Shown here one piece after another: positions 9,491 through 19,681 of a stretch of 64,000 bases of DNA (position 1 is its first letter; every line of letters begins with the position of its first letter). Both the position numbers and the translations under genes were made by a program. The DNA is from Desulfomonilia bacterium (GTDB lineage: Bacteria; Desulfobacterota; Desulfomonilia; UBA1062), in NCBI GenBank assembly GCA_050014195.1, contig JBEKDT010000006.1, forward strand, positions 64,001 to 128,000, read 5' to 3'. The notes under the pieces were generated by a model. It was not told the origin of the DNA, did no database searches, and saw only the letters and a list, made by a program, of their open reading frames with translations.

Positions 9491-10390
9491 ATGCAGGAGG
9501 TTCTGATTGTGGAAGCGCATGACAAGGTTGTGGACGGTTACAGGTTCCTGCCGCCGACCCTTAAGACCTTGTTGAGAAAAGAGATCCCTGAGACGGATTA
9601 TATAGGAGAGATCCCCTGGACCCCGCTGAGGAAGCCGGCTTCAGAGACCACGTTCTCCCTCATAACGTCGGCCGGAATAAGCCTGAAGCAAGACCTGCCC
9701 TTTGACATGGAACGGGAGAAGCGAGAGCCCTTCTGGGGTGACCCTACTCACCGCGAGATTCCCCGGGACACATCACAAGATCAGATCGACGCAAATCATC
9801 TCCATGTCGATACCCGATTTATCAAGGATGACATCAATGTGATCCTGCCGATAAATAGATTTGCCGAGCTGGAGAAAAATGGCGTCATCGGTAACCTGGC
9901 ACCGACCTGCTATTCGTTCTACGGTTACCAGCACGACTTCTCGTTCCTTCTCGAGACGACCATGCCCGACGTTTCCGCACGGATGCACGATGAAGGGGTC
10001 GAGGCGGTCATGCTTACCCCGGGCTGCCCCTTATGCTGCCGGTCCGTGGGCCTGGTGGCACGGTTTCTCGAGTCACAGGGATTCTCAACAATTTGCCTCA
10101 CCCCGATTCCCGAATTCAACCGGCTTATCGGCATACCCAGGGTGGCGGCCATCGAATACCCGTTCGGAAGACCTGTGGGCAAGGTGCATGACACTAAGGG
10201 CCAGCAGGAGGTCCTGATGCAGGTGATCTCCTGCCTGGAGAAGGCCGAGAAACCAGGTGGGGTATTCCATCTCCCGTTCACCTGGCCTGAAGAGCCGAAG
10301 GAAACAAAATGGCACCCCCCCGAGATCTCCCCGATACTCAAACTCTTCCAGACCGAGATCAAGAAGATGAGGGATCAGGAAGGGAAATAA
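9491..10390 (+). CDS. glycine/betaine/D-proline reductase selenoprotein B family homolog (PrdB-like), Cys form
   Basis: SLITSAG, DINVILP, and VMLTPGCPLCCRSVGLVAR aligning with the PrdB-type UxxC motif. Confidence 0.8.
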   Translation: MQEVLIVEAHDKVVDGYRFLPPTLKTLLRKEIPETDYIGEIPWTPLRKPASETTFSLITSAGISLKQDLPFDMEREKREPFWGDPTHREIPRDTSQDQIDANHLHVDTRFIKDDINVILPINRFAELEKNGVIGNLAPTCYSFYGYQHDFSFLLETTMPDVSARMHDEGVEAVMLTPGCPLCCRSVGLVARFLESQGFSTICLTPIPEFNRLIGIPRVAAIEYPFGRPVGKVHDTKGQQEVLMQVISCLEKAEKPGGVFHLPFTWPEEPKETKWHPPEISPILKLFQTEIKKMRDQEGK

Positions 10391-10558
10391 AACCGCAGCG
10401 AAGACCGGTAAGATAAAATCAGGAAGAAAATATCAGCTTGGTCCCCGACATAATGACAAGGCCTTTACCCTTCAGGTTCATTTTTGTTTTGCAGTGATTC
10501 GTGGTATAACAACAAGATCATTACCTGACTCCGAAGTCATGCCTGAGAGGAGATACCG

Positions 10559-11758
10559 ATGAAGCGAAGAGACTTTCTGAAAGGGGCTGCAGGGGCATCG
10601 CTCATGGCGGTGTGCCCGGTTACCGGCAGTGTGGGTGCACGCCAGGCCCCCAATAAGGCCGCAAAGCTTTCTCCGGGACGACCAACAAAAGTCTTTCTGG
10701 CAGGAGTGGGCAGAGGGGCTACAGAACAGGCGATTAAACTCTCGGTCCGCCAATCGGCCGAATCAGCCACGGATTTTTCCTGGCTGTCCAGAGGCGACGC
10801 TGTGTTCATCAAGCCGGTGGTCAATTCAGGACACCCCTATCCGGCCACCACCAGCCCCATTGCCGTCGCAGCCATGGTCGAGCTCCTCAAGGAAAAGGGG
10901 GCGGGCCGGGTAATCGTGGGAGACATGTCCGGTGTGGAAAACGTGAGATTCTCATCAACCGGGCTTACCGGCAGCTCCCGGAAATTGATGGAGGCTTGCG
11001 GCATGGCTAAGGCCGTACAGGCATCCGGCGCCGAGATGCATTTCTTCGAAGAAGCGGGATGGAATGCATTCTATGAAGACATCCCGGCTGCGGGCTCTCA
11101 CTGGAAGAATTCTCTAATGATGCCGAACGTCCTCAAGGAGGTTCAGCACATCATCCTCATGCCCCGCTGTTCCCGCCATATAATTGCAGGCAGCACACTT
11201 GGCATGAAGGCCGCGGTAGGTTATTGGCGCCACGACACACGTCTTGAATACCACCGCGACGCTGCCACCCTGCAGGAAAAGACGGCCGAAGGCAATACTG
11301 TGGAAACCCTGCGCACAAAGCAGAGGCTCGTGCTTTCGGCAGCAGACAAGATACTCACCACCTTTGGCCCGGACAAGGGATATGTCTTTACGCCGGAGAC
11401 CGGTATGATAATCGCCTCACAGTCGGTGGCGGCTCATGACATGGTGTCTCTGGCCTGGCTCCTGGACAACAGACGCACCATCCCTGAATCACAAAGGGAT
11501 GATTTCATGGATACCAGCAAACTGGCTCCAAGATTTGCCAATCACATAGTAGTAAGCTGGCTGGGCGGATGGGGACCGGCCCTGGCGTCGGAAACGCTTA
11601 CCAAGAACGATCTCAAAACCATATGGGATGATCGGGTCATCACGCATGCCTGCGAGGTCTTCGGCGGCGTGCCCGGGATTGTCCTGGAACCTGCCAACAA
11701 GGCGCTCCCCGAAGACTTGAAGAAGCGGTTGGGCCAAATGACCGCCTTTCCTGCCTGA
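10559..11758 (+). CDS. DUF362 domain protein with Tat signal peptide
   Basis: KRRDFLK twin-arginine motif; VFIKP, TLGMKAAVG, R..YH. Confidence 0.85.
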   Translation: MKRRDFLKGAAGASLMAVCPVTGSVGARQAPNKAAKLSPGRPTKVFLAGVGRGATEQAIKLSVRQSAESATDFSWLSRGDAVFIKPVVNSGHPYPATTSPIAVAAMVELLKEKGAGRVIVGDMSGVENVRFSSTGLTGSSRKLMEACGMAKAVQASGAEMHFFEEAGWNAFYEDIPAAGSHWKNSLMMPNVLKEVQHIILMPRCSRHIIAGSTLGMKAAVGYWRHDTRLEYHRDAATLQEKTAEGNTVETLRTKQRLVLSAADKILTTFGPDKGYVFTPETGMIIASQSVAAHDMVSLAWLLDNRRTIPESQRDDFMDTSKLAPRFANHIVVSWLGGWGPALASETLTKNDLKTIWDDRVITHACEVFGGVPGIVLEPANKALPEDLKKRLGQMTAFPA

Positions 11759-11943
11759 CCGGGGGATCCCCTAAAGGATGTAAACACTTAAGGGATTTGC
11801 TTCGGGTGTGTTGCATATCTCATTGATCTGCATCCAGGCCTTCGGCCCTTTTTCTCCAAGATAGAGATTGATGTTGAACAGTTGCATTTAATTGTAATAC
11901 ATCTGTTGATACGACATTCTTACAAAACATCATGGGAGGGGAT

Positions 11944-12990
11944 ATGGCTGTCATCAAGAATAAAGTCATGACTGCGCAAGAGGCCGTCAGCAGATTCGTT
12001 CAGGACGGCGATCACCTGGTTATCGGCAACTACACCGTGGGGACCTGTGCCGCCCTCGTATTCGAGGTCATCAGACAGCAGAGAAAGGGCCTGACCCTGT
12101 ATTCCCAGTCAGGGGTCTTTGACGTGGAAGTGCTGGTCGCAGGAGGTTGTGTAGACCGGCTTGTAACTACCTACGTATACCGGGCAGGCGGGAAGGAGGG
12201 CGGGTCTGCCGTGGAGAGGGCGATCAAGGCGGGCACCCTCGAGATGGAGGACTATACGAATTTCCAGTACAACGCCCGCATGGTGGCCGGCATGCACGGG
12301 TTCAGCTTCATGCAGGTCTTGGAGGGCGCCATGGTCACCGACCTGTTCAAAAAGCGCTCATTTATGGGGGAAGAAAAATATAAGGTGATCACCTGCCCGT
12401 ATACGGGCAGGCAGATTCTCACCGTTCCGGCGGCAAACCCCGATGTGTGCATCGTACACGTGCAGCGGGCCGACAAATTCGGGAACGCCCAGTACTGGGG
12501 GGCCCTCGGCAGTGTTGCTTCTGCGTCCCTCGCGAGCAAGAGGATCGTTGTATCGTGCGAGGAGATCGTGGAGCACGATATCATCCAGTCGAGCCCCCAC
12601 CTGACCCTTATCCCCGGATACCGGGTGGATGCGGTGGTCGAGGCCCCCTGGGGCGCTCATCCCACAGAGGTGCTGGGTTACTACAATCTCGACCGGATGA
12701 TGTATGCCATGTTTTTCCTGTCGGATATGACGGGCGACGGCCTGAAGGTATGGATGGACGAATGGGTCTACGGGTGCACTGACCGCCATGCCTACCTGGA
12801 TCATTATATGGCCAAGCACGGTGCGGAGATGCTCGATGCCATCAGGGCCAAATCCTATTTCTCCGCACCCGCGAATTACGGCTCCGCCTATACTTCGTGT
12901 TGGGACAACGACAACCTGGAACGCACCATGGGCATCACGTTGGAAGAAATGGAAAAGATCCTTGAGGATAGGGGGTTGCTCAATGGCTAA
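11944..12990 (+). CDS. family I CoA-transferase subunit A (GctA-like)
   Basis: VQDGDHL, IVHVQRADKFGNA, SCEEIV, PWGAHP. Confidence 0.9.
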   Translation: MAVIKNKVMTAQEAVSRFVQDGDHLVIGNYTVGTCAALVFEVIRQQRKGLTLYSQSGVFDVEVLVAGGCVDRLVTTYVYRAGGKEGGSAVERAIKAGTLEMEDYTNFQYNARMVAGMHGFSFMQVLEGAMVTDLFKKRSFMGEEKYKVITCPYTGRQILTVPAANPDVCIVHVQRADKFGNAQYWGALGSVASASLASKRIVVSCEEIVEHDIIQSSPHLTLIPGYRVDAVVEAPWGAHPTEVLGYYNLDRMMYAMFFLSDMTGDGLKVWMDEWVYGCTDRHAYLDHYMAKHGAEMLDAIRAKSYFSAPANYGSAYTSCWDNDNLERTMGITLEEMEKILEDRGLLNG

Positions 12991-13807
12991 GAAATACACA
13001 CTCGACGAACTCTTGATCATCACTGCTGCCCGGGAGATCCGTGACGGTGAGAACATCATCCTGGGGGTAGGACTGCCCACCACTGCAGGCGCCATGGCAA
13101 AGGCCCTCCATGCTCCGAACGCGACCCTGATGATGGAATCGGGTATCATCGATTTCAGGCCGCTTGTTCCCCCGAACCACATCGCCGATGCAAATTCCTG
13201 CAGGGGATTCTCCTATGCAACGGACCTGTTCTCTGCATTCACCATGACCTACCGGGGGTATGTCGATGTGTGCTTCTTGGGCGTTGCCCAGATCGACAAG
13301 TTCGGCAACGTCAATACCACGGTCATCGGGGATTATCATAACCCGAAGATGAGGCTGCCAGGCTCGGGAGGCGCACCGGACTTCCTGTCGTACGCAAAGA
13401 GGACGATCCTCACCATGCGGGGAGGGGAGTTTGTGAACAAGCTCGATTACTTAACCTCTCCGGGGTTCCTCGACGGAGGCGACAGCAGGGACAAATCAGG
13501 GCTCTTTCCGCCCGGCTCGGGGCCGGCCATGCTGCTGACCACCAAAGGGATCTTCCGGTTTGACGAAAAGACCAAGGAGATTTATCTCTCCAAGGTCCAC
13601 CCGGGCGTGGGTGTGGACCGCATCAGGAAAGACGTCCCCTGGGACCTGAAGATAGCACATGACCTCTCGGAGACGGACCGGCCGAGCGATGCGGAGATCG
13701 ATTTCGTCAGGCGCTTTGCACCTACCGAGGTGGTCGGCAGGAAGCTGATGTACGAGCTCGGGCTTAGCAATGCATTCAAGAAGGCCCAGGCACGGGGGAA
13801 GATGTAG
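12983..13807 (+). CDS. family I CoA-transferase subunit B (GctB-like)
   Basis: GVGLP, MMESG (catalytic Glu), AQIDKFGNVN, LPGSGG; start overlaps the subunit A stop. Confidence 0.9.
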   Translation: MAKKYTLDELLIITAAREIRDGENIILGVGLPTTAGAMAKALHAPNATLMMESGIIDFRPLVPPNHIADANSCRGFSYATDLFSAFTMTYRGYVDVCFLGVAQIDKFGNVNTTVIGDYHNPKMRLPGSGGAPDFLSYAKRTILTMRGGEFVNKLDYLTSPGFLDGGDSRDKSGLFPPGSGPAMLLTTKGIFRFDEKTKEIYLSKVHPGVGVDRIRKDVPWDLKIAHDLSETDRPSDAEIDFVRRFAPTEVVGRKLMYELGLSNAFKKAQARGKM

Positions 13808-13822
13808 CTGCAAATGGATAAT

Positions 13823-13860
13823 TTGAGGGTGGGTGGAGCTTGAGCGAAACCCACCCTCAA
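13823..13860. repeat. REP-like palindrome (GGGTGGG type) between convergent genes
   Basis: TTGAGGGTGGGT...ACCCACCCTCAA arms; relatives at 22129-22157 and 35888-35916. Confidence 0.75.
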
Positions 13861-13901
13861 AGGATGTACACGCTCAAGTGCTAAAGCACATTTCATTTCC
13901 C

Positions 13902-14906
13902 TCACTCCCCGAAGAACCTGCCCTCTTCCCATGCCACCTTGTGCTCCATGATGACCTGGAACTGGTGTCCCAAGTCCAGGATCTCTTTTTGCCAGAAGGC
14001 GTCGGTGCCCCAGCCGGGGTGATTGTTGCTGAAGTCATAATCATGGGCCTGTCTGGCCCACCAGGCAAGGAAATAGATGATACGCATGAACCGTAGGGGC
14101 TCGATGAGCTTAAGGGATGAGCGGTCGAATTCCCGGAACTGAGAGTACCCATCGAGCAGGAGATCGATCTCGCGCCGGGAGCGGCCTGCATGGTCGGGCA
14201 GGAGGAGCCAGAGGTCGTGGACAGGGGGGCCTGTCATCATATCGTCAAAATCAATCACCATGAGTCCTTCACCCGGCCGGTCGAGAAGGTTGCCCCGGTG
14301 GCAGTCTCCATGGATGCGGATAAACCCCGTGCCATCAAAGTCAGAGGAGATGCCCTCCACGATTCGGGAGGTGAGGTCTTCAAAGGCGGCGTTGTGCTCA
14401 GGGGTTACAAATCCGCCTTTGATGAGGTAATCCAGATCTGCACGGGTGGACTTCATGGGGTGCAGGGTGATCCTGTCCTGCGGAGTTCGGCGCTCACCTG
14501 CGAGATGGATGCGTGCCACAAGAGAGCCCACCCGTATCCAGTCTTCATCGGCGTTCAGCTCGAATGCGCGTCCGGCCTTCTTGGGAAAGAGCGCAAAGAA
14601 AGTACTGAGCGCGTTTCCCAGGGTGCTTCCATCGGCAAGCGTCAAGGGGCACACGACCGGGATCTCATCATCCGCGCAGTCAGCCAAGAATCGGTGCTCG
14701 TCCTCAAGGGCCTCCCTGCTCCAGCGCCCCGGCCGGTAGAACTTGGCGATAAGGCGTTTCCCTGCCTTGGACTGGATCTCATAGACCCGGTTGATATAGC
14801 TCGGCAAAGGCATGGCAAGCCCGGTCATGGGGATGCCGGTGGCATCCTCCACCATATCGAGCAGCACCCCTGGCGTGAGGTGCGCAAAGTCGGCATTCCT
14901 GGTCAT
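13902..14906 (-). CDS. srkA: stress response Ser/Thr kinase (SrkA/RdoA/YihE family)
   Basis: SYINRVY, KFYRPGRW, IHGDCHRGN, DFDD, IEPLR. Confidence 0.9.
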   Translation of the reverse strand: MTRNADFAHLTPGVLLDMVEDATGIPMTGLAMPLPSYINRVYEIQSKAGKRLIAKFYRPGRWSREALEDEHRFLADCADDEIPVVCPLTLADGSTLGNALSTFFALFPKKAGRAFELNADEDWIRVGSLVARIHLAGERRTPQDRITLHPMKSTRADLDYLIKGGFVTPEHNAAFEDLTSRIVEGISSDFDGTGFIRIHGDCHRGNLLDRPGEGLMVIDFDDMMTGPPVHDLWLLLPDHAGRSRREIDLLLDGYSQFREFDRSSLKLIEPLRFMRIIYFLAWWARQAHDYDFSNNHPGWGTDAFWQKEILDLGHQFQVIMEHKVAWEEGRFFGE

Positions 14907-15001
14907 GGTTTTCCTCCGTAATCACAAAGGTATATTTCAATTATGGTCCTCTTGTCTGCAAGGAAATTTAACCTTACCCTGCGAACGCAATCCGATTCAG
15001 T

Positions 15002-15027
15002 AAAAAAAAGAGCCCCCATGGGGGCTC
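15002..15027 (-). terminator. intrinsic terminator
   Basis: GAGCCCCC-AT-GGGGGCTC hairpin followed by a T8 run on the minus strand. Confidence 0.85.
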
Positions 15028-15095
15028 CTGAAGATTTTGTCGGGTGGTATGTTACCGGGATGGATACATTTCACTCTCGTCGGCCGGAGAAGTAC

Positions 15096-16436
15096 TTATG
15101 CCGCCAGCCGGTTGGATCTCCTCCAGATTCCCATGAGCTCGGCCTCCCGGATGAGCTCTTCGCGGAATGTCGGGTGCGCGATGTTGATGAGGGCCTCGGC
15201 ACGCTCCCAGGTGCTCTTGCCCTTGAGCATGGCCTTGCCGTACTCCGTAACCACATAATGGACAATGGTGCGGGGCACGGTAACGATAGAACCCGGCTCG
15301 AGAACGGAACGGATGCGCGACTTCACCTTGCCGTCCTTGTCTTTTGTGGTGGAGGACAGACAGATGAAGGACTTGCCTCCCTTGGAGTGGAAGGCCCCGA
15401 ACACGAAGTCAAACTGACCGCCGGTTCCGGAGATCTGGCGGGTGCCTGATGATTCCGAGGACACCTGGCAGAAGAGGTCCACTTCGACTGCATTGTTGAT
15501 GGCAATGGTGTTGTCATTAGCCCTGATGTTCTCGGGGTTGTTCGTGTAGTCCACCGAGTAGGAGGCGCAGCAGCGGTTCTGGTCGATGAAGTCGTAGAGT
15601 TTCCGGCTGCCCAGCGCAAAGGTGTAGACCATCTTGCCTTTGTCTGTGTGCTTCTTCATGTTGGTCACCCTGCCTGCCATGTACATGTCGACGTATGAAT
15701 CCACGAGCATCTCGGTATGCACGCCCAGGTCCTTGAGGCTGCTCTCGGCGATCAGCTTGCCCACTGCATTCGGCATGGCGCCTATCCCCAGCTGCAGGCA
15801 GCCGCCGTCCGGGATCTCTTCCACGATCAATGATGCGATCTTCCGGTCCACATCGCCGATCTTGGGCTCTGCCGTGCAGAACAGGGGCTTGTTGTCCGAT
15901 TCCACAATATAGTCCACCTTAGAGATGTGGATGGCCTCGTTCCTGCCGCCGTAGCAGTAGGGCACATTCGTGTTCACCTCGACGATAACGGTCTTTGCCC
16001 GGTCGGCTATATACTTGGAGATGGAGTTGGAAGGGCCGAAGTTGAAGTAGCCGTCCTTGTCCATGGGCGCCACCTTGACCATGAAGACATCCGTGTCGAT
16101 TATGCTGTAGAGGGAAGGGCCCTCGTGATAGAGCAGCGGGATGTAGTTGCACAGACCCCTGTCGTGAAGCGTGCGGTCGCCGCCGCTGAAGTGCCAGTTG
16201 TTGTAGGTGAAGTGCTCCTGATAGGGGTCGGCAGTGGCGATGGCAGCCATGCCCGGGAAGGTGAGCGCCCGGACTTTGACGTCGCGAAGCTCCTCGACCC
16301 TCCTGGCCAGCGCTGCATCGAGAAAGGTCGGGGCACAGGTGAAATGGCCGTAGTCGACCCAGTCTCCTGACTTCACCGCCTTGACCGCCGCATCGGCGTT
16401 AACGAGCTTCCTTTCAAACTCTTCCTTGTGGTTCAT
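15096..16436 (-). CDS. acetyl-CoA hydrolase/transferase family (butyryl-CoA:acetate or 4-hydroxybutyrate CoA-transferase)
   Basis: LQLGIGAMP, GVHTEM, ISGTGGQFDF, VVTEYG, IAHP. Confidence 0.92.
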   Translation of the reverse strand: MNHKEEFERKLVNADAAVKAVKSGDWVDYGHFTCAPTFLDAALARRVEELRDVKVRALTFPGMAAIATADPYQEHFTYNNWHFSGGDRTLHDRGLCNYIPLLYHEGPSLYSIIDTDVFMVKVAPMDKDGYFNFGPSNSISKYIADRAKTVIVEVNTNVPYCYGGRNEAIHISKVDYIVESDNKPLFCTAEPKIGDVDRKIASLIVEEIPDGGCLQLGIGAMPNAVGKLIAESSLKDLGVHTEMLVDSYVDMYMAGRVTNMKKHTDKGKMVYTFALGSRKLYDFIDQNRCCASYSVDYTNNPENIRANDNTIAINNAVEVDLFCQVSSESSGTRQISGTGGQFDFVFGAFHSKGGKSFICLSSTTKDKDGKVKSRIRSVLEPGSIVTVPRTIVHYVVTEYGKAMLKGKSTWERAEALINIAHPTFREELIREAELMGIWRRSNRLAA

Positions 16437-16577
16437 GGCCGCCTCCTTAAGATTCTCTTTCTTGTATGTCTATACGGCAGGCGGCGTTTAATAAAAATCG
16501 GCACAGGGCCGAATGTTGGGTGTGTGAATTGTGGCAGGTGGGATAGGTAAAATGCCTATGCTTCCGGGTCTAGGGAA

Positions 16578-16772
16578 CCCCTCACCCACACCCTCTCCCC
16601 ATGTATGGACAGAAGGGTATCCGGGATATTCTTCACCCTCTCCCGGCCTCCCCCATCAAGGGGGAGGAGGTAATTGACCCTCGAAAGTACCAACAATGGT
16701 GAGGGTGATGCATAATGAGTCGGAGGATTTAAGTCCCCTCCCCCCTTGCGAGGGAGGGTCAGGGAGAGGGGG
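16578..16772. repeat. cluster of three CCCTC(A/T)CCC...GGG.GAGG palindromic repeats
   Basis: copies at 16578-16617, 16634-16667 and inverted at 16735-16772; same family as 27487-27540. Confidence 0.8.
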
Positions 16773-16799
16773 TTCACCGTCGAATGGTCTCAAATCTTA

Positions 16800-17456
16800 T
16801 CATCCTCCCTGCGATTGCACCCATTCCACGGCGCGTTTGGCCAGCTCGGGCGAACTCTTGATGGTAAGCTTCTCCTTGATCTTCTCCCGGTAGCTGCCGA
16901 TGGTCTTGATGCTCACATTCAGCAGCGATGCCATCTCCTGTCTCCCCATGCCCCTGCCGATGAGGGTGAAGACCTCTAACTCCCGGTCCGACAAGGTGGA
17001 GACCGGGTCTTTGCGGATGGCCGATGAATCGATGGCTACCCGGCCGAGGATGGATTCCACGATGTCTTCGCTGAAGAACATCCTCCCGTTCAATACCTGC
17101 CGGAGCGCTGTAACGACCTTGCCCGTCATCTCCTGTTTCATGATATAGCCCCGGGCGCCGGCCTTCAGAGCCCTCTCGGCATACACCGCCTCGTCATGCA
17201 TGGACATGACGAGCACGAGCCGACCCGGGGACTGATCATGGATATATCTGATGAGCTCGAGGCCGCTCACCCCTTTCAACGAGAGGTCCACAATCACCAT
17301 ATCCGGTTTGAGCTTATCAAGAAGCCTTTTGGCCCCGGGGACATCCTCGGCCTCGCCGCATACCTCCATGTCGGTCTCCTCATTGATGAGCTGGCCGAGG
17401 CCCTTGCGGAAGATGGGGTGATCGTCAACGATCATTATGCGTGAGCGAGCTGACAT
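16800..17456 (-). CDS. NarL/LuxR-family response regulator
   Basis: IVDDHP receiver; LSDRELEV HTH. Confidence 0.95.
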   Translation of the reverse strand: MSARSRIMIVDDHPIFRKGLGQLINEETDMEVCGEAEDVPGAKRLLDKLKPDMVIVDLSLKGVSGLELIRYIHDQSPGRLVLVMSMHDEAVYAERALKAGARGYIMKQEMTGKVVTALRQVLNGRMFFSEDIVESILGRVAIDSSAIRKDPVSTLSDRELEVFTLIGRGMGRQEMASLLNVSIKTIGSYREKIKEKLTIKSSPELAKRAVEWVQSQGG

Positions 17457-19288
17457 ATAACCGAGGTCCCTCCCTTCGGGTTTTTCTTAATAACAAGATC
17501 GGCGCCGATCATGCGTGCACGGTGGCGCATGATGCTCAAGCCAAGCCCCTTCTTCCGGCCGATTTCATCAGGCAGGCCGGTGCCGTCATCGGCAATGGTG
17601 AGCGTGATGAACCCCTTTTTGGGCTTGAGGGTGATGGTGATATGCCCTGCCTTGCCGTGACGCACCGCGTTGTTCACCGCCTCCTGGATGATGCGGAAGA
17701 TATGTACGGCCGCGGCGTTGTCTTTCACTTGCACTGCCTTGCTCACATCCAGGCGGAAAGAGACGCCGAAGATGGACTCGACCTGTTTTGCAAGGTCGCG
17801 TATGGCAGTGAACAGCGCCCCCTCGTCGATGTATACGGGGCTCAAGCCCCGGGCAATGGTGCGGGTCTTGGTGATTGCCTCCCTGATCAGCGCAACCATC
17901 TCGTGTGCAAGCCCGGCATTGGTCTTTGACTTCTGCTCCAGACGTTTCTCCAGCAGCAGTGCAAGGGCCTCGATGCCGATGAGGTGCTGCTGCAGGTCGT
18001 CGTGTAGGTCCTGGCCGATCTTCTGCCGTTCCCGCTCGCCTATATCAAGGATCTCGCGCTCCAGGCGCCGCTGCTCGGTGACATCGGCGAATACGGAGAT
18101 AACGTGCGGCTCGCCCCTCAGGTCGATGGACTCGGCGGAATACACGATCTTACGCACCTCTCCGGACTTGACGCGGAAATCCACCTCCATGTCCTTGATA
18201 CCACCTTTTTCAACTACCTGGGCCATGATGTCCCGGCGGAATTCCGGGGAGGGCCAGAGGCCGATGTCGATGGAGGTATGGTCGATGACCTCGCTGCGGT
18301 CATACCCCGTGATCCTGAGGAACCCCTCGTTGACCTCGATGAAGCGCCCCTCCTTCATGATGGTGATGGCAATCGCATCCGGGCTCGACCGGAAGGCCTT
18401 TGCGAACTTCTCTTCCGAGAGCCTTAAGCGCTCTTCTGCTATTTTTCTGCTCGTGATGTCGGTGAATACCGCGAAGCTGCCGATGTAATTCCCATCGGGA
18501 TCATACATCGGTCTGGGCGATACGATGGTGTGGATGAGCTCGCCTTCATTGCTCTGCCATGTCACCTCATAGGGTTCGTACCGGTTCTCTTTGCGTTTGA
18601 GCATCTCATTGAGCCAGACGGTCTTGGAGTTCTCTGAGAGGAATTCATAGGCCTTTAAGCCTACAAGCTCTTCACGGGAATAGCCGAGCATCTCGCAGAC
18701 CTGGTCATTCACATAGGTGATGAGCCCGTCAGCGTCCTGCACGCCGAACCCGTCGCTCATGGTATCAACGAGCAGGCGGAATTGCTCTTCCTGTGCCCTA
18801 AGTGCCCTCTCCGCCTCTCTTATCTCGGTGATGTCCAGGAATGATGCGATGCTCTGGGATGTTCCGGGAAGCACCGCCACCGTGAGATAGCACTCAAGCA
18901 TCATGCCGGACCTGTTGATGAAACGGCATTCGTAGTTTCTGGGTGCTGATAGAGGATTCATGCGGCGGAAATGATGGTAGTCGACCATCCGCGCCCGATC
19001 GTCATGGTGGATGAAATTGACCCATGACATTGTGCCCTCGATCTCATCCCTTAAAAAGCCGGTAAGCTTCTCGAACTCCGTGTTCGCCATGGTGATGGTC
19101 GTATCCGGATCGATGAGGATGGTAGCGGCTCCGGTATTTTCAAAGATGGTCCGGTATTTTTTCTCAGAGGCCTGCAGCTCTTCCTCGGCCTGCTTCAGCC
19201 TTGTCTGTGAGGCCTCCAGCTCATAAACCCTGTGCCTCAGGGCATCGAGCTCCATCACTGCCTGTTCATGGTTTTCCGGTCCGGACAT
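17435..19288 (-). CDS. multi-PAS sensor histidine kinase (HisKA_3 type)
   Basis: three PAS domains; ERQKIGQDLHDDLQQ, QEAVNNAVRHG, DDGTG, GLGL; start placed at ATG 19288. Confidence 0.93.
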   Translation of the reverse strand: MSGPENHEQAVMELDALRHRVYELEASQTRLKQAEEELQASEKKYRTIFENTGAATILIDPDTTITMANTEFEKLTGFLRDEIEGTMSWVNFIHHDDRARMVDYHHFRRMNPLSAPRNYECRFINRSGMMLECYLTVAVLPGTSQSIASFLDITEIREAERALRAQEEQFRLLVDTMSDGFGVQDADGLITYVNDQVCEMLGYSREELVGLKAYEFLSENSKTVWLNEMLKRKENRYEPYEVTWQSNEGELIHTIVSPRPMYDPDGNYIGSFAVFTDITSRKIAEERLRLSEEKFAKAFRSSPDAIAITIMKEGRFIEVNEGFLRITGYDRSEVIDHTSIDIGLWPSPEFRRDIMAQVVEKGGIKDMEVDFRVKSGEVRKIVYSAESIDLRGEPHVISVFADVTEQRRLEREILDIGERERQKIGQDLHDDLQQHLIGIEALALLLEKRLEQKSKTNAGLAHEMVALIREAITKTRTIARGLSPVYIDEGALFTAIRDLAKQVESIFGVSFRLDVSKAVQVKDNAAAVHIFRIIQEAVNNAVRHGKAGHITITLKPKKGFITLTIADDGTGLPDEIGRKKGLGLSIMRHRARMIGADLVIKKNPKGGTSVICQLAHA

Positions 19289-19442
19289 CGTCCACCTGTT
19301 CCATGATAGCGTAAAGTCCACGTATCATCGTTTTGTTTTATGGACCTATATAAAGAACTAATAATCCTGATACACTGGGAAAGCAATGACGGGCGGGCTG
19401 TGTATGTATCCGACATATTGCTCATGAGATTTTTACACCCCA

Positions 19443-19584
19443 TGTAGGAGCGCCTTCAGGCGCGACCTGCCCTGTAGCTGCTGAAAACCTCAATGCGCAT
19501 GATGAAAAAACCGGAGCACTTTTAGCTGCGGCGTTATCCGATGATCCCGTCTTGCTTAGGGTCGCGGCTAAAGCCGCTCCTACA
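19443..19584. repeat. inverted REP doublet (GTAGGAGCG type, REPIN-like)
   Basis: TGTAGGAGCGCCTTCAGGCGCGACC ... GGTCGCGGCTAAAGCCGCTCCTACA. Confidence 0.85.
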
Positions 19585-19681
19585 ACGATATGGAAACTAT
19601 GGAAAAATTCGGGTTTTCTCGTTCAGAAAAGAGGTGGGAAATCATGAATCGACTAGACAACCTGCCTTACATGAGGGGCCC

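Noticed and set aside
14943-15449. 168-aa plus-strand ORF and 16556-16979 small ORFs
   Set aside because: Antisense to real genes, or formed from terminator and repeat sequence.
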